Shown piece by piece: positions 1 to 9,827 of a DNA stretch of 64,000 bases. The stretch comes from a virus. Lineage: Duplodnaviria > Heunggongvirae > Uroviricota > Caudoviricetes. Made by a program: the position numbers and the translations under genes. The notes below the pieces were generated by a model. The model ran no database searches and had not been told where the DNA came from. It saw only the letters and a list, made by a program, of their open reading frames with translations. Position 1 is the stretch's first letter. Every line of letters begins with the position of its first letter. The stretch is taken from IMG/VR virus record IMGVR_UViG_3300028549_001428. One strand, written 5' to 3'.

Positions 1-194
1 TATACATGAATATCCAATCATCGAATTTTTAAATATCCCAATTCCAAAATCTTCAAACCACATACGACGAGCAGATAAGTAGTAAACAATAAAATTAACT
101 ACACTACCTAATTGTTGCCAGTGTCCACCATATTTAGAATATTTTTCATTAAAAATTGATAAATAAATTCCATCACTAAATCTAGTTATTCGCA

Positions 195-707
195 TTAATC
201 CCACCACGATCTGATTTCATTCATACTATCACTAACAATTTTTAAATCAGCGGTTCGTTTCTCTTCATGTTCCTTAAAAATAGCTTCATACATTTCTTTT
301 GTGCGTGGCACTGAACCAAAATGATAATCAACATATTCATCTTCACGAAGTCTCTTCAACGCACCAGCACAATCCAATGCATGTTTAGCATATAATTCAC
401 TGTTTTCAGCATTTCCATTAACAAGGCATTTAGCCTGTGCTCTACATTTGATCTCGAATGCTTCTAATGTATAATAAGAATCCCAATCACGATCATACCA
501 AACAAACTTACCCCACTTCCTTATATTTCCAGGAAGATGCTTCAGTCCATAGTAGAATTCTTTAACATGATTCCAGAAATATCGATAGAATGGAATTTCA
601 ATATTACGTTCAAACCAATTAAGTCTACTGGAAATGCTCTGCATCCATTCTTCTACTGAATCGAATTTAGTAATTTCAATTTTTTCTAGTTTGTCTTTTT
701 TGCTCAT
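195..707 (-). CDS. hypothetical protein (170 aa)
   Basis: ORF directly downstream of a TTGACA-17-TATATT promoter (714-742); no motif recognised. Confidence 0.75.
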   Translation of the reverse strand: MSKKDKLEKIEITKFDSVEEWMQSISSRLNWFERNIEIPFYRYFWNHVKEFYYGLKHLPGNIRKWGKFVWYDRDWDSYYTLEAFEIKCRAQAKCLVNGNAENSELYAKHALDCAGALKRLREDEYVDYHFGSVPRTKEMYEAIFKEHEEKRTADLKIVSDSMNEIRSWWD

Positions 708-750
708 AATGATAATATAGCTATAAAATTAGAATATGTCAAGTAAATCA

Positions 751-1032
751 TTATACCTTAATACTTGACAAAACCTCTAACAAAAACTTCTCACCTTCTG
801 GCGAAACTACACACATTGTTTTTACACAATCAATAATAATTGAATAATCAGATGGTGAAATTGTAGGTGATGGATAACCCTCGATCACTGAATATAACGC
901 AAAAATCAATACATCTCTATATTCTTTTTCTAATTTACTACCAGCATCAACTCGAAAGTTATTAATTATATTATCAAATAATTTTGATAACCCAATATCC
1001 ATAATCCAATGATTAACAACAATCGATAACAT
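751..1032 (-). CDS. hypothetical protein (93 aa)
   Basis: ORF in co-directional run. Confidence 0.55.
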   Translation of the reverse strand: MLSIVVNHWIMDIGLSKLFDNIINNFRVDAGSKLEKEYRDVLIFALYSVIEGYPSPTISPSDYSIIIDCVKTMCVVSPEGEKFLLEVLSSIKV

Positions 1033-1570
1033 GATATTTTGTGCTCTCAGCTTCTAATTCTAATGACTTGTATTTATCCAAGGCATCAATGAAATCACCA
1101 GTAACTAGATGAATTGATTTAGCAAGCATCAAGTTAAGAGGAAGACCAAAATCTTCAATAGTGAACTTTTCTTGTGGCTTTCCGCTAAACATTGACTCAA
1201 ATAGAGCACCACCACGTATCAATGCCGTATTAACATTACCCGCAACATGAGTCTTCCAATCCTTGATATCTGTGTAGCCTACAATTTTCTTACCTTTATC
1301 TACCCCATACCCAACTTCAAATACAGTCCCAGAGTCTGGTTCTGTGCCTCTAAATGGATTGAGATTGGCTATGATACCATCAGCTTTATCAATCATAGCA
1401 ACATTAGCTCGATATATTTGACCTGCAACATCAAGACCTTCGGTAATTTCATTATCCAACGGAACTAATGGTTCATATCCAGCTATTCGACATAGCTTTT
1501 TCATCCGTTCAAACCGTTCTTTAGCATCAGGGTAAAATACATCAAATCCAGCCAAATATATCTTTTGCAT
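1013..1570 (-). CDS. nucleoside 2-deoxyribosyltransferase family protein
   Basis: IYLAGFDVF start, IYRANVAMIDKADGIIANL and DSGTVFEVGYG motifs. Confidence 0.9.
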   Translation of the reverse strand: MQKIYLAGFDVFYPDAKERFERMKKLCRIAGYEPLVPLDNEITEGLDVAGQIYRANVAMIDKADGIIANLNPFRGTEPDSGTVFEVGYGVDKGKKIVGYTDIKDWKTHVAGNVNTALIRGGALFESMFSGKPQEKFTIEDFGLPLNLMLAKSIHLVTGDFIDALDKYKSLELEAESTKYHVIDCC

Positions 1571-1589
1571 ATTATTCTCCAGTTACAGT

Positions 1590-1838
1590 CTATGAAACCA
1601 AAACAGTATCACATACATTTAATTTTCTAAAATAGTTATCACCTAAATCTCTACATTCAAATACAGGAACTGCTTCTTTATGGGTATAGATATTAGGCGA
1701 CATTCCAAATGAAGATGCGCAGTATACCTGCTCTGATTTTCTATTATCACAGAACTTCAATTCATATACTGAAATGGTTCTATTATCCGATTCACAGGAC
1801 ATTAGAATTAATGTAAGCAATATAACTAAAAATTTCAT
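1590..1838 (-). CDS. putative lipoprotein
   Basis: MKFLVILLTLILMSC lipobox-like signal. Confidence 0.65.
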   Translation of the reverse strand: MKFLVILLTLILMSCESDNRTISVYELKFCDNRKSEQVYCASSFGMSPNIYTHKEAVPVFECRDLGDNYFRKLNVCDTVLVS

Positions 1839-2056
1839 TTGTCACTCTTAGTAGATATGCTATTTGAAATATTATCGCTCCATAAAAGTAACGTTATTCC
1901 TAACAATGGAAGTCATCCAAGTGTATTTACTATTATAATAGCACCTACTACACCAACTACAATGCCAACCACCGCATGTATCATTTTACGTTTAGCTTTC
2001 TTCTTGTTATTTGCTATAATATTTAGCAATCCCTGTTTTAATTCTTCATCAGTCAT
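1835..2056 (-). pseudogene. small membrane-protein gene with internal TGA at codon 48 (1913-1915)
   Basis: Reads MTDEELKQG...VNTLG*LPLLGITLLLWSDN...SDK*; hydrophobic frame continues past the stop and ends in an ATGA overlap with the next gene. Confidence 0.55.
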
Positions 2057-2059
2057 ATC

Positions 2060-2701
2060 TTACCTTTTTGTATATAAAAAATTTTTATTAAGTAATCTAA
2101 ATTCTTCTATTTCTTCCATCGATTCATCGGTGGATTCTAACAATCTTTCTACGATTTTTGTATCTACATAACCAAGTTCTATCAATAGTTGTACAAAATA
2201 CAATACATGTGCTTGTCTATTCCAATTAGGACTTAGACATATTCCAATACCTGCAAGTCGAGAGAATTCAAACTCAGGAACTTCACCATAGGTTTTTAAT
2301 ACACGATTCCAATTATACATTCCTTGTCGATGCTTGAGAAATGGATTATACACACTAGTATGACAATAACCAGTATTCATACTAATACATTTTTGCATTG
2401 GGTAATACCATACAAATTCATGATTTTCAGACAACTTGATATAGTTTCCCCATGTGCCTTCATTAAATTCTCTTTCAGTGCATTCACTAATATCAGCAAT
2501 GTCTGAATGATAATCCATATTCAATACACGGTTGACACCTTCCATTCCATTGATATGTTTTACAAGTTCATGATGATATTTTACAACGACAGGTTTAATA
2601 CCTGTCGTTGCTAAACTTCTCATAAATTTATTCACTTTCTTGTAATTATTACACTGTGACCAAAAATCCATGTCAATGCTTAAATAAGTGTCTTTCATCA
2701 T
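2060..2701 (-). CDS. UPF0489/arginase-fold-like protein
   Basis: LSIDMDFW, HH and NMDYHSD metal-ligand-like motifs. Confidence 0.55.
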   Translation of the reverse strand: MMKDTYLSIDMDFWSQCNNYKKVNKFMRSLATTGIKPVVVKYHHELVKHINGMEGVNRVLNMDYHSDIADISECTEREFNEGTWGNYIKLSENHEFVWYYPMQKCISMNTGYCHTSVYNPFLKHRQGMYNWNRVLKTYGEVPEFEFSRLAGIGICLSPNWNRQAHVLYFVQLLIELGYVDTKIVERLLESTDESMEEIEEFRLLNKNFLYTKR

Positions 2702-2840
2702 GTAGTAAATATAGCAAACTTTACAAAAACTCAGGAATATTTATATTCATCCAAAGCGTTGGACGCATATATTCATACCTTAAAGATAATGGTTTGCTGA
2801 CAAAATGTATTTTCAACCGTATCTATTGCAATTCGTGTAA

Positions 2841-3650
2841 TCACTTCGTTGCTCGTGTTACCATGAAGTCTTCGATTTCATTAACACGCATTACGAAACT
2901 GGGTTGACGTTTCATATCACGATTTCTAACAAGAGGAAGTGGTGATACAAACTTACCAATGATGTTACCTGGATTTCTTCCCATAACATAAATATCATCG
3001 CCAAGATATACAGCTTCTGAAATATCATGTGTAACGAAAATAATTGTAGGTGAAATCTCAGTCCAAATCTTAGCAAGCAAATCTTGCATCTGGGAGCGAG
3101 TTTCAACATCCAATGCACCAAATGGTTCATCCATTAGAAGCACCTTAGAATCATACAATAGGCTACGTGCAATCGCTACACGCTGTAACTGCCCACCAGA
3201 AAGATTAGGATATTGAGCAAACTTATTTTCATGACCCTCAAGACCAACCTTGACAATCATATCCATTGCCTTTTCCTTGCGTTCCTTTGCAGAAACTCCC
3301 TTGTATTTCAATCCAAGAGCAACATTATCAAGAACAGTCAGCCAAGGATATGAAGAATATTGTTGGAATACCATTCCTACACGGTCAGCCTGTGTGATTG
3401 GTCCGCCATACATGAGAACTTCACCCTCAGTAGGCTTTTGTAATTGAGATATATACCGTAGAACCGTTGATTTTCCGCAACCTGATGGTCCAAGTATAAC
3501 AACGAATTGTCCTTGATTTGGCTTATCTTCAATCAATAAATTCATGTCGTTTAATACAGGAGGTTTATCACCATAAACTTGTTTGATTCCCTTCAATTCA
3601 AGGATATCAGGAAGATCAGTATTAATCATTTTAATAATTTGTTCAGTCAT
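2841..3650 (-). CDS. ABC transporter ATP-binding protein (TauB/SsuB-like)
   Basis: Walker A GPSGCGKST, Q-loop VFQQYS, signature LSGGQLQR, Walker B LLMDEPF, H-loop VTHD. Confidence 0.97.
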   Translation of the reverse strand: MTEQIIKMINTDLPDILELKGIKQVYGDKPPVLNDMNLLIEDKPNQGQFVVILGPSGCGKSTVLRYISQLQKPTEGEVLMYGGPITQADRVGMVFQQYSSYPWLTVLDNVALGLKYKGVSAKERKEKAMDMIVKVGLEGHENKFAQYPNLSGGQLQRVAIARSLLYDSKVLLMDEPFGALDVETRSQMQDLLAKIWTEISPTIIFVTHDISEAVYLGDDIYVMGRNPGNIIGKFVSPLPLVRNRDMKRQPSFVMRVNEIEDFMVTRATK

Positions 3651-3651
3651 A

Positions 3652-4443
3652 TTATGCCTCGCTCATATGCTTGTGTGGGAAGAGTTGTTTGTCAACGATT
3701 GCAAATAATTTATCCTGAATAAATCCGACAAGGATAATCAAGAATATCAATGCAAATACTTTATCAATACGACCTTGACGGGCAAATGTGTAAATCATAC
3801 CGCCAATACCAGCAGATTTGTTTACCATTTCAGCTACGATAATATATGTCCAAGAGATAGCAACCAGAACTCGAATATCATCCATCAACTTAGAAATAAC
3901 AGCAGGGATAAATACGCTAATGATTGTTTGTAGCTTACTTGCACCTAGTGTAAATGCAGTCTGTTGATATACATCAGGGACATCATTGATGCGCTGTACA
4001 ACAACAGGCAGAAGGTAAACAAGAATACCAAAGGCAAGGAATTGAATCTTCATTACATCACCAATACCAAACCATACAATGAAAAGACCTGTTACAGCAG
4101 TCAATGGAATAAAACGGAATGCGTCAATCGGCTTATTAAACATTTGACGAAAAATTGGGAATAGACCAATTATAAATCCAAGTGGAATACAGATTGCAAT
4201 TGCTTCAATGTATCCAACATAATTAAGATAAATTGAATACCCAAGATTGCGAATCATTGCATCACGGAAATGCAAATCAGGAAGAGTTCGAATTACTTCC
4301 ATTGGAGAAGGAAGAATTGTACTTGGTACAAACATAGATGCAACTAACCAAGTTAGTGCGATCAATGCTAATCCAGTAACTATCAGAATTGTATTCAACC
4401 GTTCCGATAATTGTCCACGTAGTGCAAATAGCTTGGATATCAT
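3652..4443 (-). CDS. ABC transporter permease (TauC/SsuC-like)
   Basis: Multiple TM helices, LPSPMEV motif, EAA-like loop (QQTAFTLGAS), SWTYIIVAEM. Confidence 0.93.
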   Translation of the reverse strand: MISKLFALRGQLSERLNTILIVTGLALIALTWLVASMFVPSTILPSPMEVIRTLPDLHFRDAMIRNLGYSIYLNYVGYIEAIAICIPLGFIIGLFPIFRQMFNKPIDAFRFIPLTAVTGLFIVWFGIGDVMKIQFLAFGILVYLLPVVVQRINDVPDVYQQTAFTLGASKLQTIISVFIPAVISKLMDDIRVLVAISWTYIIVAEMVNKSAGIGGMIYTFARQGRIDKVFALIFLIILVGFIQDKLFAIVDKQLFPHKHMSEA

Positions 4444-4469
4444 GTATTCTCCTTTTTAATTTTTATATA

Positions 4470-4503
4470 ATATAGAAAAAATGGTGGTTGCTGTCAACCA
4501 CCA
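4470..4503 (-). terminator. intrinsic terminator of the SBP gene, overlapping the promoter of the permease/ATPase genes
   Basis: AATGGTGGTTG-ACAG-CAACCACCATT followed by T run on the - strand; TTGACA (4497-4492) lies in the stem-loop, TATATT (4474-4469) 17 nt downstream. Confidence 0.75.
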
Positions 4504-4527
4504 TTCTTAAAGTTTTCTAAGTGTTAA

Positions 4528-6090
4528 TTACTGAGCAAGAATCTGGAAGTCAGTTCGACGATTCTTAGCATAGCAACCTGCACTAGCATCATTACAGATA
4601 GGCTTGTCTGGTCCATTACCAACCACTACGAATCGGTTTGCATCCATGCCATGGGTATTCACCAGATAGCTTACTACAGAGTTAGCACGAGCCTTGGAGA
4701 GAGCAACATTACTTGCATGATCACCAACAGCATCAGTGTTACCTTCAATACGGATACGAGCATTAGGGAATGCACGAGCATCGTCTACAAACTTAAACCC
4801 AATCAATTCCTTTGCATTCTCATCAAGTACTGCACTTCCACTTGGGAAAGTTACACGCACTGGCTTAGAAGCGATAGCACGACCCGATGCTTCCTGTACA
4901 GTAGCCTTAGTAAAGGACTTCTGAGTTTCAGCTACTACAACCGAACCACCAGTCAAATTAATCGAACCAATGAAGTCTGTATCAATAACCTTAGAGTATT
5001 CAGGAATGTTTGCCTTTTCAGCAAGACGAAGTGCTGAATAAACCTTGCTCATCTTATTATAAAGATCTTCACCCTTTACATTAGTATAACTGCGATTCAT
5101 ACCAAAGAAATCCTTGTTATCACCGTAAGTAGTCAAGCGTACATTATCAATTGCCTTTTCAGCAACAGGCTTTTCAATCTTTAGTCCAGTAGCGAGAATT
5201 TCAACTGCTTTCTGCTTTGCCGATGGATCGTTATTAATTTCATCAGAACCCTTCAACCAACCTTCAACAAACTTACGTAGTTGATCTTTCTTTGCATTGA
5301 AAACAGATTCCTTAACCATGAATCCATCAGCAATGATATGGGTTGCTTGTTTGGTATTGATAAGAATCTTAGCACCGGATACTTCGCTAATACAAGTCTC
5401 GTCATCTGGACTCCATACCACAGCGGCATCAACCTTACCAGACTTAAACGCAGTGGCTGCATCAATTGCAGAAGGCACTACAACGATCTCAACGTCCTGT
5501 ACACTCAACCCAGCCATATCAAGCATCCAAAGTAGGAATGTATGAGATGGTGTTGCTTCTGCTACAGCGATCTTCTTACCAAGCAAGTCACCTACAGAGT
5601 TGATTGCACCCTTAACTACGATAGCATCACCACCACGGCTCCAATCTGCTTGGAAAAGGAACTTAACTGGCTCACCAAAACTACCTGCTTCTGTTGGAAA
5701 TGCATCCATAGTAACCCAGAGCAAATCAATATCACCAGAACGGAAAGCATTACGAGAAGAAGCGAAATCATCCATTACATGGAAGTTTGCGCAGATACCA
5801 TAGTCAGTACGGAAACGAGACTTGGCATTATCCTGAAACCCGTTATTAAAGTACTCACCACCTGCATAACCGCCCCAAGTAACGACACCCACTTCGATAC
5901 AGGAATTCTTACCACCAGTACCAGTAGACTTGGAACCATCAGCCATCATACCCGATACATCACTTGCAGATTCACCTGCTGGAAATAGTGCTGGTCCGAA
6001 CTTCTTATATCCGAAGAACAGTGCTACACCGATGATGACCAAGATAGCGATTTTACCACCCATATTCAATTGAACCTTTGTTTGCGCCAT
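4528..6090 (-). CDS. ABC substrate-binding protein (NMT1/SsuA-like) fused to C-terminal OmpA-like peptidoglycan-binding domain
   Basis: N-terminal TM anchor; DWSRGGDAIVV and GKKIAVAEATPSH; C-terminal FPSGSAVL, IEGNTDAVG, LSKARANSV, KNRRTDF. Confidence 0.92.
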   Translation of the reverse strand: MAQTKVQLNMGGKIAILVIIGVALFFGYKKFGPALFPAGESASDVSGMMADGSKSTGTGGKNSCIEVGVVTWGGYAGGEYFNNGFQDNAKSRFRTDYGICANFHVMDDFASSRNAFRSGDIDLLWVTMDAFPTEAGSFGEPVKFLFQADWSRGGDAIVVKGAINSVGDLLGKKIAVAEATPSHTFLLWMLDMAGLSVQDVEIVVVPSAIDAATAFKSGKVDAAVVWSPDDETCISEVSGAKILINTKQATHIIADGFMVKESVFNAKKDQLRKFVEGWLKGSDEINNDPSAKQKAVEILATGLKIEKPVAEKAIDNVRLTTYGDNKDFFGMNRSYTNVKGEDLYNKMSKVYSALRLAEKANIPEYSKVIDTDFIGSINLTGGSVVVAETQKSFTKATVQEASGRAIASKPVRVTFPSGSAVLDENAKELIGFKFVDDARAFPNARIRIEGNTDAVGDHASNVALSKARANSVVSYLVNTHGMDANRFVVVGNGPDKPICNDASAGCYAKNRRTDFQILAQ

Positions 6091-6182
6091 TGTTGACTCC
6101 TTTGTGTTAATGTTTGTTTCTTATGGCATAACTAATATAGGAAAATTAGGAATGTCTGTCAATTAATTTTTTAAATGAAAAA

Positions 6183-6204
6183 AGGCAGGGATAATTCCCT
6201 GCCT
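6183..6204 (-). terminator. intrinsic terminator after the PspA-like gene
   Basis: AGGCAGGG-AATTAT-CCCTGCCT followed by TTTTTT on the - strand. Confidence 0.8.
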
Positions 6205-6224
6205 AAATATTACCAAACTATTTT

Positions 6225-7274
6225 TTATTTAGTCGCTTCACGTTTAACTTCTACAGGCTTCTGGAAGAAGTTCTGGAAGTTCTGATTCAATGGAACAGAA
6301 GACATTGCACCATCACCAGTCTTTGGGAAATATGACGATGAATTATAATTAGAAGACAATCCACGATCCGATGACTTGTTGTTCTCGTAAGAGAACAATG
6401 ATCCACCTTTATCAAGATCTTCCAAAATCTTCAAGCCCTTTTCATCCCAAATACCATTAGTAAGATCAGTCTTTCGCATGAAGTTTTCAGATGCTTCCAT
6501 TGCACGTTCCATTTCAGCAAGTTTGTTAGCAATATCATCAGCAACAAATTCCATTGATTGATCGAATAGTTCCTTTGCTTCATCACCTTCAATCAAGCGT
6601 TGCGCTGTGCTCATAGCCTTGTTAGCAGCCTTGACTGTAGTATACTGAATTTCACGTGTCTCAACTTCATCCTTAGTATCTTCTAGCAATAGAGTGACAT
6701 TCTTTTTCATCTTATCAAGTAGACGATACAAGAAATTCATTTTTTCAAGTGTAGTATTAAGAGTTTCAACAAATTCTTTTGCTCGAACCATCTTACGACT
6801 CTGAATTGTAAACTGCTCAGTATCGTTTTGCTTCTGTGCTTGTCTAGCTAAGTCAGCGCAATCTTCGGCAGTCTTTTTGCGTTCAGAAATAGTGTGCTTC
6901 AACTTATTAATCTGCCCACCTAGAATACCAATTTGCTTATCCATATCGGTGAGTTTTTCAACCATGTATTCAATGTAGTTCTTCATGATACCAATTGGAT
7001 CAATCGTTACAAACATTGCAGTCACAAATCGCATTGAACTCTTGTACAAATTCCAACACAACAAGCGGAATTTCTTGTTCATTAGAAGCCATATAGTACC
7101 CAATACAACACCGCCTAGAATAGCGGCATGAATTGTATTTTGTAGGGCGGTGATAATGTATGGGACAATTGTATTACCTGCTACTAGGAATACGAATACC
7201 CCAATAACAATAAATACCATTCCCATCTTTCCTTCTGGTCGTTCAAAGAACGATTTCGGTGTATAATTTTCCAT
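6225..7274 (-). CDS. PspA/IM30-like coiled-coil protein with two N-terminal TM helices
   Basis: Two hydrophobic helices, then DPIGIMKNYIEYMVEKL and a long heptad region typical of the PspA/ESCRT-III superfamily. Confidence 0.7.
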   Translation of the reverse strand: MENYTPKSFFERPEGKMGMVFIVIGVFVFLVAGNTIVPYIITALQNTIHAAILGGVVLGTIWLLMNKKFRLLCWNLYKSSMRFVTAMFVTIDPIGIMKNYIEYMVEKLTDMDKQIGILGGQINKLKHTISERKKTAEDCADLARQAQKQNDTEQFTIQSRKMVRAKEFVETLNTTLEKMNFLYRLLDKMKKNVTLLLEDTKDEVETREIQYTTVKAANKAMSTAQRLIEGDEAKELFDQSMEFVADDIANKLAEMERAMEASENFMRKTDLTNGIWDEKGLKILEDLDKGGSLFSYENNKSSDRGLSSNYNSSSYFPKTGDGAMSSVPLNQNFQNFFQKPVEVKREATK

Positions 7275-7295
7275 TTTTTTATTGCTCCTTTTTAA

Positions 7296-7958
7296 TTACT
7301 TCTTGAGGAAGGTTGTCATTTTTGTTTTGTCTTCATTCAGCTTACCAACGACAACGTTGTAAGTAGCTTCAAAGGAAGATCGTGTCATATCAATCTGTTG
7401 CTGATTTTGAGCAACTTCATTCTTCTTAGCAAGAACATCTTGCTGAGTCTTAACAACCAATTCATTCAATCGATTGATTTCAGCGAGTGCATTTGCGATA
7501 TTCTGTTCATCTTTAGCAATATCAGCAACCTTAGATTCAACTTGCTCTTTGACTGCATTATCAACATTGGCGATAAATGCAGTATGTTGCTGACCAAGAA
7601 TACCAATGTAATGGTCGATAGATGATAACAACTTGTCTAGTGTAATACCCATAACTTTGATGGTACGATACACTGCTTCATACTTCTGTTGTTCAGTCAT
7701 TGGAAGATCAGCATATCCAGCAAGTGCCTCACGGAACTCTAGATAATCAAACCCTTCGAGATTAGCATCCTCAATTGCCTTGTTGAGAATAGCAAGCATT
7801 TCAGCATTTATCCCAGCAGTATATGCCGTTGGTAATGCCATTGCACTTACAGGGGCTGGTGCTGGTGCGCCAGTACTTACAGCACCCTTTGCATTAGCTG
7901 GTGGTGCTTCCTTATCACCGTCTTTAGTAACGGTGAGAAATATATCCATAAATCCCAT
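7296..7958 (-). CDS. coiled-coil protein, first gene of the PspA/ABC cluster
   Basis: Ala/Pro linker, GFDYLEF motif, long C-terminal coiled coil; strong SD; promoter at 7986-8014. Confidence 0.8.
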   Translation of the reverse strand: MGFMDIFLTVTKDGDKEAPPANAKGAVSTGAPAPAPVSAMALPTAYTAGINAEMLAILNKAIEDANLEGFDYLEFREALAGYADLPMTEQQKYEAVYRTIKVMGITLDKLLSSIDHYIGILGQQHTAFIANVDNAVKEQVESKVADIAKDEQNIANALAEINRLNELVVKTQQDVLAKKNEVAQNQQQIDMTRSSFEATYNVVVGKLNEDKTKMTTFLKK

Positions 7959-8081
7959 GAGAACTCCTTTTTACATGTTTTCTGTAATATAGAAATGAAT
8001 CTAATATACGTCAATTACTTTTATCTAAAATTTTTAGTAACGTAGAAACCGTTCAAATGTACTTATATTAACAATCACTCA

Positions 8082-9224
8082 TCATGCGTTAGCGTGATGA
8101 TAGGGATGTTTATTTAAAAACAATTGTTTGTACTCGGAACCGTAAGTACCGAGAACAAATCGAGCCAGTGAGTTTATTGCGCCAACTGTGTCGGCATTGT
8201 GTGAAACACCACATTTCACACAAACAAATTTATCCTGTGTTGCTCGATTCACCTTCTCACTGTGGCTACAGTCAGGACATTTGATAGAATTACCATAAGC
8301 AGGTACTCGTCTGAGGGACACACCGTGTTCCTCAGACAGCATTTGAATCCTACTGTTTATTCTACTTGTCATCCAACCAGTGAGAACAGATCGCATATTT
8401 TTATTCAGGCGACCTCTGATCTTCATCTTATTCTTGATTTTTCTGTTGTCCTCTAGGATAAGCAACTGAATCAACTCATATGGAACCTGCTTACAACTTC
8501 GATCAATATATTCCTTGATCTCTTCTCTACATGCATTCCATGCATTTGAACTTCGTTTCTTTCTCTTTAATTTCAATAAAAGTGACATCATTTCAGAACC
8601 ATAATGATTACCATTGTCATCATTGATGACATGGACTGCACCTGGATCGAGTCCAATTATATCACCGTCTGTCTTCTTTCCCTGCTCACATTCAAATGAA
8701 AACTGTATGTATTTATCTGTCAGTATAACTGAACTACATAATTTTCCCTTTGATTTCCATTTATTAAAATGTTTATTTTTCTTTAATGTAATAGCTATTG
8801 TTACATTTCGAGTTCTAGAATCAAAACAATATAACTCTAATAGTAAATCAAATTCATTCAATTCAGGATTGTGTTGAATCTTTACATTCGTCATACTCAA
8901 TAGAATACGATTTGGATCATGGGTTGGTCGTGAGTATGGAACATTCAGCGCATCAATACTTCGTTTAGTACCAAGAACTAACGCATGTGCTTCTGCAAAT
9001 GCATTCTTCTTAGCTCTCGCAGTCAACCATGATTCGCATTGATCCAGATTGCAAGCCAGAAGTAACTGTGCTTTCGTCATTCCATTTACGATATCTGATT
9101 CGTGGTGATTAATCACCCATTCAACAACACAATGCATCTCAGTAATGAACTCACGAATAGAAACCTGTTTGGTTTCCGTGATCCATTTACTAAAATAGCA
9201 CTTTGCTGAACGAGTATACTTCAT
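8082..9224 (-). mobile_element. tnpB: TnpB RNA-guided nuclease (IS200/IS605 family), copy 1
   Basis: RuvC-I IIGLDPG, RuvC-II LILED, Zn finger CPDC..CVKC, RuvC-III NADTVGA. Confidence 0.9.
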
Positions 9225-9373
9225 TTATTGACCTTTACATCCACTATTGCATTCAATGCAACGAATCTGACATATTCACTTATTGAAATGAAATGTCCAT
9301 CTGATACCTTTCTATAAATGATTGATCGTTCTTCTGGTGAACAACAAAATATAATTCTTTCGGTTTTCTTCAT
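9221..9373 (-). CDS. ribbon-helix-helix (CopG-like) mini-protein, 50 aa, coupled to tnpB
   Basis: Manual translation MKKTERIIFCCSPEERSIIYRKVSDGHFISISEYVRFVALNAIVDVKVNK; SD AAGAGG; stop overlaps tnpB ATG (ATGA). Confidence 0.75.
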   Translation of the reverse strand: MKKTERIIFCCSPEERSIIYRKVSDGHFISISEYVRFVALNAIVDVKVNK

Positions 9374-9391
9374 TCAATCCTCTTATTATAT

Positions 9392-9420
9392 AATATATGT
9401 CATTTTGACATATAAATCAA
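9392..9420 (-). promoter_or_regulatory. promoter TTGATT-17-TATATT with palindromic operator in the spacer
   Basis: ATATGTCA-TTT-TGACATAT at 9395-9413. Confidence 0.7.
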
Positions 9421-9464
9421 AATTATTTTAACTGTTTTATTCATGTTTACATATATTCTTATTT

Positions 9465-9827
9465 TTATTTACCATTTACCAATTTAATTAACGTCTTTCC
9501 TCTATACCTTGCTTGTAGTTTTTTCTTTGGTGCAATTCGTTTAAATAATCTTGTAAACTCAAGGGTCAGTGCATTTTCTATTATTCCTAGATATCTTTTA
9601 TTTGTGACTGTCATTTCTAACCACTTAATTCCTATGGTTCCTTCATTGAATGTATTAGCACCAATACATTTATTCAATCCATTTTTTGCAAAGGCATAGT
9701 TCCCAATTTTATTATAGAACATAGAATCATCTTTGAATTTTTTCATATCTACATTAAATACTGATTCTTTTATAAAATCATTCAATGAAGTTGTTTCTGG
9801 GTCTATATATGTAATTGGACGAATCAT
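9465..9827 (-). CDS. hypothetical protein (120 aa)
   Basis: ORF coupled to pnk stop. Confidence 0.65.
   Translation of the reverse strand: MIRPITYIDPETTSLNDFIKESVFNVDMKKFKDDSMFYNKIGNYAFAKNGLNKCIGANTFNEGTIGIKWLEMTVTNKRYLGIIENALTLEFTRLFKRIAPKKKLQARYRGKTLIKLVNGK

Noticed and set aside
4651-5988. Plus-strand ORFs over the SBP gene, and similar antisense ORFs in the track (for example 8614, 17155, 20537, 47596, 54517)
   Set aside because: They are shadow frames of well-supported minus-strand genes, with no RBS or motifs.
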